Shown: one piece after another, positions 29,027 to 39,219 of the stretch | Position numbering within the stretch: the stretch's first letter is position 1 | Layout: each line of letters begins with the position of its first letter | From: Spirochaetota bacterium | GTDB lineage: Bacteria; Spirochaetota; UBA4802; JAFGDQ01 | Reading direction: 5' to 3' | Length of the DNA stretch: 64,000 bases | Assembly: GCA_016932015.1 (NCBI GenBank) | Contig: JAFGDQ010000047.1 | Location: 29,527-93,526 of the forward strand | The notes under the pieces: generated by a model | Databases searched by the model: none | Seen by the model: only the letters and a program-made list of their open reading frames with translations | What the model was told of the DNA's origin: nothing | Position numbers and translations under genes: made by a program

Positions 29027-29875
29027 TTATTTTAAAAATAGTTTAGCTTTATTTATTTCCTCGTTGATGGGGCTCAGCGCTGAAAAAACCCTTTCTTCAT
29101 CAAGCTGAAGAGTGTTCCAGACATCTTCCGATACCGGGTCTACTTTATAATTACCGCTGAATCCGACCTGCAGTATTTTAACAAAGGTGTCAGCTACAGA
29201 TACTATCATGGAAAAAATGGCAGAACTGCCGGTTAAAGCCGGATTGTGATGCTTCCCGACAGCAAACAGCAGAGGCGCTTCAAAATTCCATTTTTTGCCT
29301 ATGGCTATTCCAATTTCTTCATGTGTCAGCTTTAGAACATGTTTTTCAACGTCGGTTATTGAAGCCTTCTTCTGAGAAGACAGCTCAAGGATTTTGTTCA
29401 TTTCATCGCTGAAGAAGTTGTTTATAAGGACTTTCCCTATATCATGAATAAGGCCGGCTATGAAGTATTCCTCAAGATACTGTGAGTCTACGCCGAGTTC
29501 CTTCGCGAGCAGTTTTGACGCAACCGCTACTCCAAGGGAATGCTGCCAGAAATCTTCACTGCTTAAGTTTGTTTTTTCCTTGATTTTAACATTACCGGCA
29601 AAAGATGATGACAGAGCTACGTTTTTAACTGTATTCAGGCCCAGCATAACGATTGCCTGTTTAAGAGATTTGACTTTCTGAGGCAGGCCGAAATAGGCGG
29701 AATTGACCATCTTGATTACTTTTGCTGTTAATACAGGATCAAGCTGAATAACATCTGTCAGATCCTGCGCTGAAGATGTTTTGTCATTTGCGATTTGAAT
29801 AATTTTATGTGTTAAAGGTGAAAGAGTGGGCATCTTTTCTATTGATTCTTTTACCTTCTTTATGACCTGTTCCAT
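29027..29875 (-). CDS. HDOD domain signalling protein
   Basis: LPTLSPLTHKIIQIAND...DPVLTAKVIKMVNSAYFGLPQKVKSLKQAIVMLG, then GLIHDIGK, typical of HDOD. Confidence 0.75.
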   Translation of the reverse strand: MEQVIKKVKESIEKMPTLSPLTHKIIQIANDKTSSAQDLTDVIQLDPVLTAKVIKMVNSAYFGLPQKVKSLKQAIVMLGLNTVKNVALSSSFAGNVKIKEKTNLSSEDFWQHSLGVAVASKLLAKELGVDSQYLEEYFIAGLIHDIGKVLINNFFSDEMNKILELSSQKKASITDVEKHVLKLTHEEIGIAIGKKWNFEAPLLFAVGKHHNPALTGSSAIFSMIVSVADTFVKILQVGFSGNYKVDPVSEDVWNTLQLDEERVFSALSPINEEINKAKLFLK

Positions 29876-30091
29876 TTGATTTCTTTACAAAATTTCCTGA
29901 GTGTATTTGAATCTGTCTTAAAAATTACGATAATTTAATAAAAAATCCAGTACAGAATATCAAGAGAAATTAATATCCAGAAAAATATGCTGTAAAAAAC
30001 AACAAATATCCATAAGCATTGTTTTAAAATTTTCATGGCATAGTTATTCTTCTACTATAAAAATCAACTAAAATCGGGAAAATAACAGCTT

Positions 30092-31273
30092 TTATTTCTG
30101 AGAAGTATCTTCTTTCTCTGCATTGCCTGACCGGCCGGATTCTTCAGGGTTCTCTTTCTGTTCCGGATTTTCTGTTGTTTCCGTTTTTTCTTTATCTTCG
30201 TCAATTACATTTATTTTATCAATAAATGTTTCTAATGCGGAATCTTTTGAAAGCCTTGTATAATTGTCAAGGTGATGGACTTCCAGACTTCCTAAGCCGT
30301 CTGATTCTGCAGCTGAGGTGTCTTTGTTTTTATTTATAACCTGTATTGTAGAGAGAGTCAGTTTGTAGTTGAAGTCGTCTATATATTTTTCGATGATATC
30401 GTTCGCTTTTTCAAACCTGTAAAACAGCAGATCTTCAGCTGTCTTCTTCTCATATCTGAATCTTACTCTTTTTTCAACGCTTTTTTCAAACTTGTATTCT
30501 TCCGGTAGTCCGTAATTCTTCCTGTTTTCAGGCTGATTATCTTCATCTGTTTTATCTTCGGCTTTTTCCCCTTCTATGTTGGCGGCATATTCGGCATTTA
30601 TTTCAATAATGTACGCGTCTCCGGTTTTTCCGAGAAAGCGTACAAAGAACGGGTTTCCTGTTTTACTTTCAGAAGTAAAAAGGGTTTCATATATTTCTCT
30701 TTTCTTTGTATTGTTCCGGGATTCGAATAAGGCAAGAAATCCGTATCTTTTTGCGCGTCTTGCCCTTTTTACGGATTCAAGATACTTGAATATTCTGTAT
30801 GAGTGGAGTCTCGGATTTGAAGCGGAAGCGGAAACAAAATTGTTCCTGCTGATTGTCCGTTCCCTGTAGCCCAGTGTCAGGTACAGTCTGGCTTTTGCAT
30901 TCTTGGAACGGATTACCATTGGCGCGAGCTGATCAAGTATATCCCTGGAGTCCTCAAGGTAATAGTCATTTATCATAAATGAATAGAGGCGGTCCAGTTT
31001 TTCCTGGGAAGAATATATTTTTTTATATGCTTTCCTGAAATCAGCCTGAAGATAAGCTATGTAGGCATTGAAATGAAGTTCATAGGCTTCTTTTAATTCC
31101 GGAATTTTGCTGTCAGCGAAATTTGTTATACATACATTCAGAAAATCAATAAATGATTTGTTTTCTTCAAGCTTTCTTTCTGTTGTAGTCTGATCAGTAA
31201 ATGAATATGCCGGAGAAATAAAAAAAAGCGCTAAAAAGAATGTTCCAAGCGCTAATTTCACATTTGCCTCCAT
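30092..31273 (-). CDS. exported protein of unknown function, paralogue of 21311-22120, with acidic C-terminal tail
   Basis: Signal peptide. Collinear similarity blocks with the 269-aa protein. Last gene of a three-gene unit, with its start abutting the stop of the OmpA-like gene. Confidence 0.5.
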   Translation of the reverse strand: MEANVKLALGTFFLALFFISPAYSFTDQTTTERKLEENKSFIDFLNVCITNFADSKIPELKEAYELHFNAYIAYLQADFRKAYKKIYSSQEKLDRLYSFMINDYYLEDSRDILDQLAPMVIRSKNAKARLYLTLGYRERTISRNNFVSASASNPRLHSYRIFKYLESVKRARRAKRYGFLALFESRNNTKKREIYETLFTSESKTGNPFFVRFLGKTGDAYIIEINAEYAANIEGEKAEDKTDEDNQPENRKNYGLPEEYKFEKSVEKRVRFRYEKKTAEDLLFYRFEKANDIIEKYIDDFNYKLTLSTIQVINKNKDTSAAESDGLGSLEVHHLDNYTRLSKDSALETFIDKINVIDEDKEKTETTENPEQKENPEESGRSGNAEKEDTSQK

Positions 31274-32305
31274 TTATTTTCTGGATAATCTTGGTATAAC
31301 AACTATATCAACTCTCCGGTTAAGTGCTTTGTTTTCAGGAGTGTCATTGGAAACGATAGGCTGATATTCACCGAACCCTGCTGCTGAAAACCTGACCGGG
31401 TCAAGTTTTGTGTTTTTCAACAGAAAATTGAGAACGGCAAGAGCGCGCTCGGATGAAAGCTGCCAGTTGTCCCTGAATTTTTTTGTGCTTATGGGAACAT
31501 TATCCGTATGGCCTTCGATTACTATCCTGTTTTCAGGATAATTGGACAGAATATTTGCTACTTTTTCAAGAGCATTCATAACATCTTTTTTCAGGCTGGA
31601 ACTGCCCGAATCGAATGAAATACGGTCGTCTATATTTATTATAATTTTTTCATGCAGCCTTTTTAAGCGGATTTCACCTCTTTCAATTTCTTCAGACAGC
31701 TGCTGTTCAAGCTCGTTTGCCTGTGCGGACATACGGTCCAGCTCTTTCTGCTGTGACTCGCTTAATTTTTTTATTTCTGCGAGCTCACTGTTCAGGTTGG
31801 AGATAAGGGATTCCAGCTCTGAAATTTTACTGTCGTATTTTTTCTTAAGTTCGGCAATTTCCCTTATATAGGATTCTCTTTCATCCTGGAGCTCTTTTCG
31901 CAGCCTGTCGCTTTCCTCTTTGCACTTTTTTTGAAGGGCTTTATTCTCATCAATTAATTGTTTTTCTTTTTCGCTTCCGGTTCTCTTTAAAATGTCCCTT
32001 ACTTTTTCAAGTTCCGCAATACGTCTTTCATATGCTGATTTTTCACCTGCTCTGTTTTTCTTTTCAGCTTCCAGAGAATCTTCAAGATTTTCTATTTTGC
32101 TTTCCAGTTCCTTTCTGCGCGTTTCAAAAGCGGCTTTTTCATTTGAAAACTGTCTCTTAAGTGTTTTCAGCTCAAGCTCAAGAGCTACTTTTTCATTGTA
32201 TAATGCGTTATATTCGCTTGGAAAATATATTATGTCAGCTTTTAAAGGTATTACGTAAATGCAGAAAACAGTAAAAAATAATATAATTATTTTATTTGTT
32301 TTCAT
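31274..32305 (-). CDS. OmpA/MotB-family peptidoglycan-binding protein with long coiled coil
   Basis: Signal peptide; ~200-aa heptad-rich region; C-terminal GHTDNVPI...NWQLSSERALAVLNFL...NRRVDIVV OmpA_C motif. Confidence 0.75.
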   Translation of the reverse strand: MKTNKIIILFFTVFCIYVIPLKADIIYFPSEYNALYNEKVALELELKTLKRQFSNEKAAFETRRKELESKIENLEDSLEAEKKNRAGEKSAYERRIAELEKVRDILKRTGSEKEKQLIDENKALQKKCKEESDRLRKELQDERESYIREIAELKKKYDSKISELESLISNLNSELAEIKKLSESQQKELDRMSAQANELEQQLSEEIERGEIRLKRLHEKIIINIDDRISFDSGSSSLKKDVMNALEKVANILSNYPENRIVIEGHTDNVPISTKKFRDNWQLSSERALAVLNFLLKNTKLDPVRFSAAGFGEYQPIVSNDTPENKALNRRVDIVVIPRLSRK

Positions 32306-32967
32306 TTGGACTCCTTGTATCCTGTCTTTTCCATTTCTGCTTTCATTTTTTCGGTTTCTTTTACCGCCTTCTCATGTTTCTTTATGTTTTCGTCGAGTTT
32401 AACTTTCTGGTCTTCTAAAAATTTTTTATATTCGGCAACATCAATTCTGTCATCTTCTTCAAATTCTTCAGATCTTTTTTCCTGATATGCTCTCGCAATT
32501 AATGCCTTTTCATGATCAAGCTCAGCTACTTTTACGGCAAGTCTGTTTTTTTCAATATTGAAAAGTGCTGTCTTTTCATCATTTTTGGCATTAAGGTAAT
32601 TTAAATAAGCTTTAAGCTGTGTGAGTCCGGTCCTGTTTTCTTTCTTCTTTTTCTGAAGTTCCACTATCTTGTCATTATCGTCTGTCATTGAATAGAGTTT
32701 CTCTTTTTCAAGCAGGAGTTCTTTCGCTGCTTCAAGTTCCGAGATCTCTTTGGTTGTTACTTCGATTCTCTGTTTGAATATCTCAAGCTCTTTCTCTATT
32801 TTATCTTTATCCTTTTTCGTGCTGATTATTTCCTGCCCAATCTTTTCGAGTTTTGCGTTCTCCTGCTCTGTTTTTTCTGTTAAGTATACTTCGTCTACAG
32901 GTTTGGGAAGAGTAATACATCCTGATAAAAGTACAAGAGCGATTAAAAAAATAATGTGATGTTTCAT
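32302..32967 (-). CDS. coiled-coil lipoprotein
   Basis: Start reset to MKHHIIFLIALVLLSGC (lipobox, ATG at 32967). The rest is charged coiled coil. ATGA overlap with the next gene. Confidence 0.55.
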   Translation of the reverse strand: MKHHIIFLIALVLLSGCITLPKPVDEVYLTEKTEQENAKLEKIGQEIISTKKDKDKIEKELEIFKQRIEVTTKEISELEAAKELLLEKEKLYSMTDDNDKIVELQKKKKENRTGLTQLKAYLNYLNAKNDEKTALFNIEKNRLAVKVAELDHEKALIARAYQEKRSEEFEEDDRIDVAEYKKFLEDQKVKLDENIKKHEKAVKETEKMKAEMEKTGYKESK

Positions 32968-33157
32968 ATTAATATCCCTGTTGTGATATAATAAAAAGTT
33001 GCAGAGGATTATACAAATATTGTTATTATACTTTCCTGAGATTGTCCTCTGTAATTCATGTAAAATATTATCTGAAAAAAATAATGGTATAAAATATACT
33101 ATTATTAGTATACGCAGGTCAAGCAAAATCTTGGAATAAATAAGGCGGAGGAAAACA

Positions 33158-33193
33158 GGGCGGACAGTAACTATGCCGGGTTACTGCCCGCCC
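33158..33193 (-). terminator. rho-independent terminator after the carboxyltransferase gene
   Basis: 14-bp GC-rich stem, GGGCGGACAGTAAC / GTTACTGCCCGCCC, with one mismatch. U-runs on both sides (TGTTTT on minus, TTTTATGTTTT on plus). Confidence 0.55.
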
Positions 33194-33207
33194 TTTTATG
33201 TTTTCAT

Positions 33208-34761
33208 TTACAGGGGTATATTACCATGTTTTTTGTATGGATTACTGTCTGTTTTTGTTTTCAGCATTTCAAGCGATCTGATTATGTGAATTCTTGTCTT
33301 GCTCGGGTCCAGTACATCATCCACATATCCTCTGCTTGCCGCCATATATGGTGTAGCAAATTTATCTGTATATTCGTCTTCTTTCTCTTTTCGAATTCTG
33401 TCTTTGTCCTTTTCGGAAGCACCCTTAAGCTCATTTCCGAAAACAATATCAACTGCGCCGGCCGGCCCCATAACTGCTATTTCCGCTGAAGGCCAGGCGT
33501 AGTTGACGTCTCCTCTCAGATGCTTGGAACTCATGACTATGTAGGCTCCGCCGTAGGCTTTTCTCAAAATGATGTTTATTTTGGGAACGGTTGCTTCTGC
33601 ATAAGCATAAATCAGCTTTGCCCCGTGTTTGATGATTCCGCCGTATTCCTGTCTTGTGCCGGGCATGTAACCCGGTACGTCTGTCAATGTAACAAGAGGA
33701 ATATTGAAGCAGTCGCAGAAACGGACAAATCGTGCTGCTTTCATTGAAGCGTCATAGTCAAGTACTCCCGCAAGATGACTGGGCTGATTCGCGACAATTC
33801 CAACCGGTTGTCCGTTCATTCTTGCGAATCCGACTACAACGTTGGGAGCATAGCGTTTCTGTACTTCCATGAAATCCTTATTGTCCACTATGGAATTGAT
33901 AACACCTTTTACGTCATAAGGCTTTTTCGGATTATCCGGAATGATTGTATCAAGTTCCGGGCATAGCCTGTCTATCGGATCACTGCATTCTCTGACCGGG
34001 GGCTTTTCCCTGTTGTTTGACGGAAAGAATGATAAAAGGCGCCTGATTGTATCGAGAGCTTCTTTGTCCGAATCAGCTGCAAAGTGTGCTACGCCTGATT
34101 TTGTATTATGAACAGTTGATCCGCCCAGGTCCTCAGTGGAAACATCTTCACGTGTAACTGATTTTACTATCTTAGGCCCTGTGATGAACATATAACTGCT
34201 TTTTTTTACCATTATGTTGAAATCGGTTATTGCCGGAGAGTATACTGCGCCGCCTGCGCATGGCCCGAACATACCTGAAATCTGGGGGACCACCCCTGAA
34301 TACATGGTATTTCTTAAAAAGATATCTCCGTATCCGCAGAGAGAATCGATTCCCTCCTGAACTCTTGCACCCCCTGAATCGTTCAGGCCTATGACCGGGG
34401 ATCCTGTTTTTGCGGCCATATCCATTACTTTGCATATTTTCTGCGAAACGGAAAGAGACAATGATCCTCCGAGTATCGTGAAATCATAAGCGAAAACGAA
34501 AACTGTTCTGCCGCTGATTTTACCATGACCGACAACAACGCCGTCACCTAAAAAGTGTTTTTCCTGCATGTTGAAGTCTGTACAGCGGTGCTCTTTAAAC
34601 ATATCAAATTCTTCAAAGGTGTTTTCATCAAGAAGGTATAAAATACGTTCTCTTGCTGTCATCCGGCCGGCTTCGTGTATTTTGTCGATACGATCCTGTC
34701 CGCCGCCTGAAAAAGCTTCTTCTCTTCTGGAGGACAGTTGTTCAAGTTTGTCTTTGATCAT
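33208..34761 (-). CDS. acyl-CoA carboxyltransferase (methylmalonyl-CoA decarboxylase alpha / propionyl-CoA carboxylase beta family)
   Basis: 517 aa with two crotonase-like carboxyltransferase halves ([12 protein letters not shown]; [12 protein letters not shown]...[11 protein letters not shown]). Confidence 0.85.
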   Translation of the reverse strand: MIKDKLEQLSSRREEAFSGGGQDRIDKIHEAGRMTARERILYLLDENTFEEFDMFKEHRCTDFNMQEKHFLGDGVVVGHGKISGRTVFVFAYDFTILGGSLSLSVSQKICKVMDMAAKTGSPVIGLNDSGGARVQEGIDSLCGYGDIFLRNTMYSGVVPQISGMFGPCAGGAVYSPAITDFNIMVKKSSYMFITGPKIVKSVTREDVSTEDLGGSTVHNTKSGVAHFAADSDKEALDTIRRLLSFFPSNNREKPPVRECSDPIDRLCPELDTIIPDNPKKPYDVKGVINSIVDNKDFMEVQKRYAPNVVVGFARMNGQPVGIVANQPSHLAGVLDYDASMKAARFVRFCDCFNIPLVTLTDVPGYMPGTRQEYGGIIKHGAKLIYAYAEATVPKINIILRKAYGGAYIVMSSKHLRGDVNYAWPSAEIAVMGPAGAVDIVFGNELKGASEKDKDRIRKEKEDEYTDKFATPYMAASRGYVDDVLDPSKTRIHIIRSLEMLKTKTDSNPYKKHGNIPL

Positions 34762-34798
34762 ATTTAATCTCCATAAAGTATATAATTAGCAGAAAATT

Positions 34799-34862
34799 CC
34801 GTTATGAACGGTTACCCGGAGCCGGGCGGGGCTGCCGGATAGTTTCGCCAGAAAGGGCGAAG
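34799..34862. other. cluster of three GC-rich hairpins in a divergent intergenic region
   Basis: CCGTT-ATG-AACGG (34799-34811); CCGGAGCC-GGGCGG-GGCT(G)CCGG (34816-34838); TTCGCC-AGAAAG-GGCGAA (34844-34861). Also ACTGAC-GA-GTCAGT at 34924-34937. Confidence 0.3.
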
Positions 34863-35132
34863 ATACAAAGATACATACTGAATATTGCTATTGTTCAAAA
34901 GTTTAAACAATAAACAATAATGAACTGACGAGTCAGTCATAATTTGCAATTGTCGGATTATGCATATTTTTTGTCAAGGCAAATAATCAGGTAAAGCGGA
35001 GTTTTTAGTTTGGTTAATTTTTAATTATATTAGTTTGTTCCTGCTGGATTCAAAAAAATACTTGTAAAATGGACTGGTAAAATATTTATGACTTATGAAT
35101 GGAAATTATAATTTTTAAGGAGGCTCCTAACT

Positions 35133-35762
35133 ATGCCGGATCCTGCAGTATTAAAAGCAAAAGTCGATGAATTAGGCGCAAGAAAATGGGATGACAAAGG
35201 CCTTGAAGAAAGAATGAGAAAGCTTATGAAGGATGACATCCCCAGAAAGACACTTGATCCTGCCTACATGAAAGCTCATAAAGCTGAAATTTTAGATCAT
35301 GTTGAATTATTAGCTGAGGAATATAACTACTATCTTAAAAATTGCGCGCAGGGAACTGCCCTGGCTCTATTTGAAGAGTTCGGAATAGGAAATATGCAGA
35401 CTATCAAAGCCTTAACTCCGTTTCCGGGTGTGGGGGGAACAGGGGATATGTGCGGAGGCATTACCGGCTCACTGATGGCTCTAGGACTTTTCTTCGGAAC
35501 TGACGACAGGACTAAACCGGAACTCACTGACCCGGTTATTAAATTATCACAGAAATTAATGGCTAAATTTGAAGGAAAACTCGGTTATATGTACTGTGCT
35601 GATATTATTGAGAATATTATTCTTGGATATGCAATCAATCCGGGTGAAAGTGATCAGGCAATGATACAGTTCGGTCATGACCAGGGTTTTGAGAAATGCG
35701 GTCTTCCTCCTGGAACAGGTGCAAGAATTGCTGCTGAATTTATTATAGACAGTATGGAATAA
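35133..35762 (+). CDS. C_GCAxxG_C_C family putative redox protein
   Basis: NCAQGTALAL (GCAxxG-like) followed by DMCGGITGSLMALG and later conserved Cys residues. RBS AAGGAGG. Confidence 0.6.
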   Translation: MPDPAVLKAKVDELGARKWDDKGLEERMRKLMKDDIPRKTLDPAYMKAHKAEILDHVELLAEEYNYYLKNCAQGTALALFEEFGIGNMQTIKALTPFPGVGGTGDMCGGITGSLMALGLFFGTDDRTKPELTDPVIKLSQKLMAKFEGKLGYMYCADIIENIILGYAINPGESDQAMIQFGHDQGFEKCGLPPGTGARIAAEFIIDSME

Positions 35763-35846
35763 CATTAAACAAATATCCTTCAATATTTCCTCCTTTGGAG
35801 TTAATCGTTTTTTCATATTTACTAAGCTAATTAAAAAAATATTTTT

Positions 35847-35890
35847 ATTGTGGATTTTCTGGTCAAAGAAGAAATCCACAATATTTTAAT
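35847..35890 (+). terminator. terminator-like hairpin between the C_GCAxxG gene and the CCG iron-sulfur gene
   Basis: ATTGTGGATTT (35847-35857) pairs with AAATCCACAAT (35872-35882), followed by ATTTTAAT. Confidence 0.45.
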
Positions 35891-36067
35891 ATATCATATG
35901 CCGTGGTAAAAAGTGATATTTTTAAACATGAAGATATTTTTTTCAATACCAGACAGGCCTCAATAAAAGATAATTGTTCTCAGGGATATGCTGCAATAAT
36001 ATTGTTATACTTGTCTCTGTGTTGCATTAATTTTAATTTATCAAGCTAATTATTAAAGGGAAAAAGC

Positions 36068-37435
36068 ATGGATAAGAAACGAAAATATCCATATTTCATA
36101 GAAAATCCGCTGGAGCATGACAGAGTCAGGCGCTTTCTTGATATTTTTTCAGCGATTCTTGAGACTTCCAATTACCGGTATATTCTGGATTTATATTCCA
36201 GGGTTACCATGAAATGTTCAAGATGCGCATCTGAATGCCAGATCTATCAGGCAACCAATGATCCAAAGGATATTCCATGTCACCGGACTAGCATACTTTT
36301 AAAAATTTATAAAAGGCATTTCACATTAGGAGGCTGGCTAAAGGCTAAATTTACAGGCGGAAGCGGGTTAACAGAAAAAGATATTGATGAAATGCTTGAG
36401 TCGTACTGGAACTGTACAGGATGCGGCCGCTGCGTATTATACTGTCCCCTGGGGATTGACCATAGAATAATCTTAAGGCTCGGCAGATATATACTGAGTG
36501 AAATGGGCATAGTCCCCAAAAATCTTCTTGTTTCGACCAGGGAACAGCTTCAGGGTGAGACTCATAACAGTTCTAAAGTTCCTCTGAAAGCGCTTCAGAA
36601 TACGGTTGAATTTCTTGAAGAGGAAATCGAGGAAATAAAAGGCGTAAAGGTCAAATACCCGATTGATGTATATGATGCTGAGTACATTTTTTTTACTCCG
36701 GTTAGCGACTACCTTGTTGAACCGGATACTCTTATGGGGATAGCCTGTGTACTGCATGAGGCGAACATAAGCTGGACTATCGGAGGAACGAACTGTGATG
36801 GCGTTAATTACGGCTTATTTTACAGTGACAGTATTCTCGGAGATGTAAACCGCAGCCTTATTAGTGAACTCAGGAGATTAAGGGCGAAAAAGATTCTTAT
36901 AGGTGAATGCGGCCATGCGTACAGGGCAATCAAGGATTTTCTGCCAACTTATAATGACGGAGAGAAAATAGAGGTTGTAAGCATAATGGAGCTTACACTG
37001 CAGCTTATTGAGGAAGGAAAGATTCAACTCGATAAAAATGTTATCAAGGAGAAGATTACATATCACGATCCGTGCAATATCGTCCGTCAAAACAGGGGAA
37101 TTGAGGAGCCGCGTAAAATAATCAGGAGCTTTATAAATGATTTTGTCGAGCTGAAATCTCACGGGCAGTACGGCCTGTGCTGCGGCGGAGGCGGTGGAAC
37201 TGTTGCGGTTGATGAGACAAATCCTTACAGAATGAATGTCGCCGGTAAAATGAAAGCTGAAGAGATAAAGGCTTCCGGAGCAGATATTATAATAACTCCG
37301 TGTGCAAACTGTAAAAAGCAGATTGGAGAATTGATACAGTTCAATAAACTTCCTATGAGGCATGCCGGCTTGCATGATCTTATTTTTGAAGCAATCATAA
37401 TGAAAGACGGAAAAAAACATGGCACAGATGATTGA
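36068..37435 (+). CDS. HdrD/DsrK/TmcB-family iron-sulfur oxidoreductase (2x[4Fe-4S] + two CCG domains)
   Basis: CSRCASEC and CTGCGRCVLYCP cluster motifs; CCG-type motifs ECGHAYR, YHDPCNIVR, GLCCGGGGG, TPCANCKKQ. Confidence 0.75.
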   Translation: MDKKRKYPYFIENPLEHDRVRRFLDIFSAILETSNYRYILDLYSRVTMKCSRCASECQIYQATNDPKDIPCHRTSILLKIYKRHFTLGGWLKAKFTGGSGLTEKDIDEMLESYWNCTGCGRCVLYCPLGIDHRIILRLGRYILSEMGIVPKNLLVSTREQLQGETHNSSKVPLKALQNTVEFLEEEIEEIKGVKVKYPIDVYDAEYIFFTPVSDYLVEPDTLMGIACVLHEANISWTIGGTNCDGVNYGLFYSDSILGDVNRSLISELRRLRAKKILIGECGHAYRAIKDFLPTYNDGEKIEVVSIMELTLQLIEEGKIQLDKNVIKEKITYHDPCNIVRQNRGIEEPRKIIRSFINDFVELKSHGQYGLCCGGGGGTVAVDETNPYRMNVAGKMKAEEIKASGADIIITPCANCKKQIGELIQFNKLPMRHAGLHDLIFEAIIMKDGKKHGTDD

Positions 37436-38123
37436 TTTCTTTATGAAACCATTTTTTATATTCTCGGTATCGGTAATGATACTGGGCTTATTGCGTTTGT
37501 TTATTAAGACAATTATAGAGATCAGACGCGTAATTAAAACTGCTGGAGATAAAGATTTTAAATATACCAAAATTTTTATGGCAACTTTAAGCTGGATCAT
37601 ACCCGGGAAGAACACTGTAAATACTGCTGTTGTCTACAGTATTGTTTCTTTTGTTTTCCATATAGGCCTTATTCTTGTTCCGGTTTTTTTAATGGAGCAT
37701 ATTATTATCTGGAAAGGGGCATTCGGATTCGGATGGCCTGCTTTAGGCAAACAGGCTGCGGATGTTTTAACTGTTATTACGATTCTTTCAGGGATAATAC
37801 TACTGGGATACAGACTCTTTTCAAAACAGAGAAGAAAATTAAGCTCAGTACATGATTATTTATTCTTGATACTTATTCTTGTAATTTTTATCAGCGGGTA
37901 TTTTTTACCGAAAACTTACAGTCCTTTTAATGTTCAGGTTAATATGCTGATACATATTGTCTGCGGGAATTTAATACTGATAATACTGCCGTTTACAAGA
38001 CTCGCTCATTGTATATTGTATCCGTTATTGAGGCTGGCTTCCGCGGTTGCCTGGCATTTTCCTCCAAATGCGGGTAAAGAGCTGAACAAGCTATTGTATG
38101 GTGAGGAGAATAAAAAAATATGA
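37419..38123 (+). CDS. NarI/DsrM-like integral membrane (putative di-haem b) subunit
   Basis: 5-6 TM helices with intramembrane His (FVFHIG, MEHIII, LIHIVCG, RLAHCI). Overlaps both neighbouring genes. Confidence 0.6.
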   Translation: MAQMIDFFMKPFFIFSVSVMILGLLRLFIKTIIEIRRVIKTAGDKDFKYTKIFMATLSWIIPGKNTVNTAVVYSIVSFVFHIGLILVPVFLMEHIIIWKGAFGFGWPALGKQAADVLTVITILSGIILLGYRLFSKQRRKLSSVHDYLFLILILVIFISGYFLPKTYSPFNVQVNMLIHIVCGNLILIILPFTRLAHCILYPLLRLASAVAWHFPPNAGKELNKLLYGEENKKI

Positions 38124-38761
38124 CAAATAACAATAATACTAATGAAAATTCAGTTGAACAGCATGAATATACTCCGTCTTTAAAGAATCAGCTTGGCGGA
38201 AAGAAATATCTTGTTATTGCAGTTATTTCTCTTATTGTAATTATTATAGTTTCTTTGATTTTTGCCGCTTTATCAGATTCCTTCAGAATAACGGCAGAAC
38301 CTGTTAAAGATGCCCTTGGCTGGGATGTGCTGAGAATTGACGGAAACAGGAACGGAAAGTATGTTGACTTTGATCATGAGGCTCATAAAAGCATTGCAGG
38401 TGAAGGCAGAGAAAGCTGTGCGGCCTGTCATCATTTAAGCAAACCGTATGACGGGCCTTCTTCATGTTATCAGTGCCATATGGATATGAATAAATCCGTA
38501 TCCATTTTTGATCATGATTATCATATCAGGCTGAACATAAAAAACGATTCATGCCGGGCATGTCATACAACAAATAAGGAGTCCGTGCAGGATGTTGTAT
38601 CCTGCAGCAGCTGTCATAAAGATTATGATAAAGATGTAAAGTATTATCTCAAAGTCCGGAGTTACAGGGAAGCTATGCATACACAATGCATAGGATGCCA
38701 CAAACAGGAGGACGAGTCTTTGGGAGAGTGTGCTGTATGTCACGGATCCGGAGAGAATTAA
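38120..38761 (+). CDS. membrane-anchored multihaem cytochrome c (six CxxCH), cytochrome c3-like
   Basis: N-terminal TM helix; CAACH, CYQCH, CRACH, CSSCH, CIGCH, CAVCH; FDHEAH and FDHDYH distal-His spacers. Confidence 0.85.
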   Translation: MTNNNNTNENSVEQHEYTPSLKNQLGGKKYLVIAVISLIVIIIVSLIFAALSDSFRITAEPVKDALGWDVLRIDGNRNGKYVDFDHEAHKSIAGEGRESCAACHHLSKPYDGPSSCYQCHMDMNKSVSIFDHDYHIRLNIKNDSCRACHTTNKESVQDVVSCSSCHKDYDKDVKYYLKVRSYREAMHTQCIGCHKQEDESLGECAVCHGSGEN

Positions 38762-38772
38762 ATCAATTATCC

Positions 38773-38801
38773 CGGATCGATTAATTCAGGATCCGTTTTT
38801 T
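38773..38801 (+). terminator. weak terminator/attenuator-like hairpin between the cytochrome and dsrC
   Basis: CGGATC (38773-38778) pairs with GATCCG (38890-38895 minus 100, i.e. 38790-38795), followed by TTTTTT at 38796-38801. Confidence 0.35.
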
Positions 38802-38891
38802 ATATATGTAATAATATTTAATATTATTTGTAAAATAATGCCGGAAAAAAGTATCGCATTATTAATAAATGAAAGTTTTAGGAGGATTATT

Positions 38892-39209
38892 ATGGCACAG
38901 ATAGAAATGGCAGGTGTAACTCTGGAAGTAGATGAAAACGGTTTTATGCAGGATACTGACAAATGGACAGAGGATATTGCAAAAGCATATGCCGAAAAAG
39001 AAGGCGTTACTGAACTGACAGAGGATCATATGAAAGGAATTCTTTATCTTAGAAATTACTATCTTGAATACGGTATCTGCCCTATGATCAGAAAGCTGAT
39101 CAAGGAAACAGGTTTTAATCTGAGCAGACTGTATGAGCTGTATCCTGACGGACCAGCTAACTCAGCCTGTAAATGGGCAGGAGTTCCGAAGCCTACAGGA
39201 TGTGTATAG
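38892..39209 (+). CDS. dsrC: DsrC-type sulfur relay protein (DsrC/TusE family, both C-terminal cysteines present)
   Basis: Start reset to the ATG at 38892, behind AGGAGGA. The C-terminus LYELYPDGPANSACKWAGVPKPTGCV carries the Cx10C arm. Confidence 0.85.
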   Translation: MAQIEMAGVTLEVDENGFMQDTDKWTEDIAKAYAEKEGVTELTEDHMKGILYLRNYYLEYGICPMIRKLIKETGFNLSRLYELYPDGPANSACKWAGVPKPTGCV

Positions 39210-39219
39210 ATACTGGTTT

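Noticed and set aside
36878-37615. 245-aa minus-strand ORF
   Set aside because: It is entirely antisense to the well-supported CCG iron-sulfur and DsrM-like genes and has low-complexity composition.
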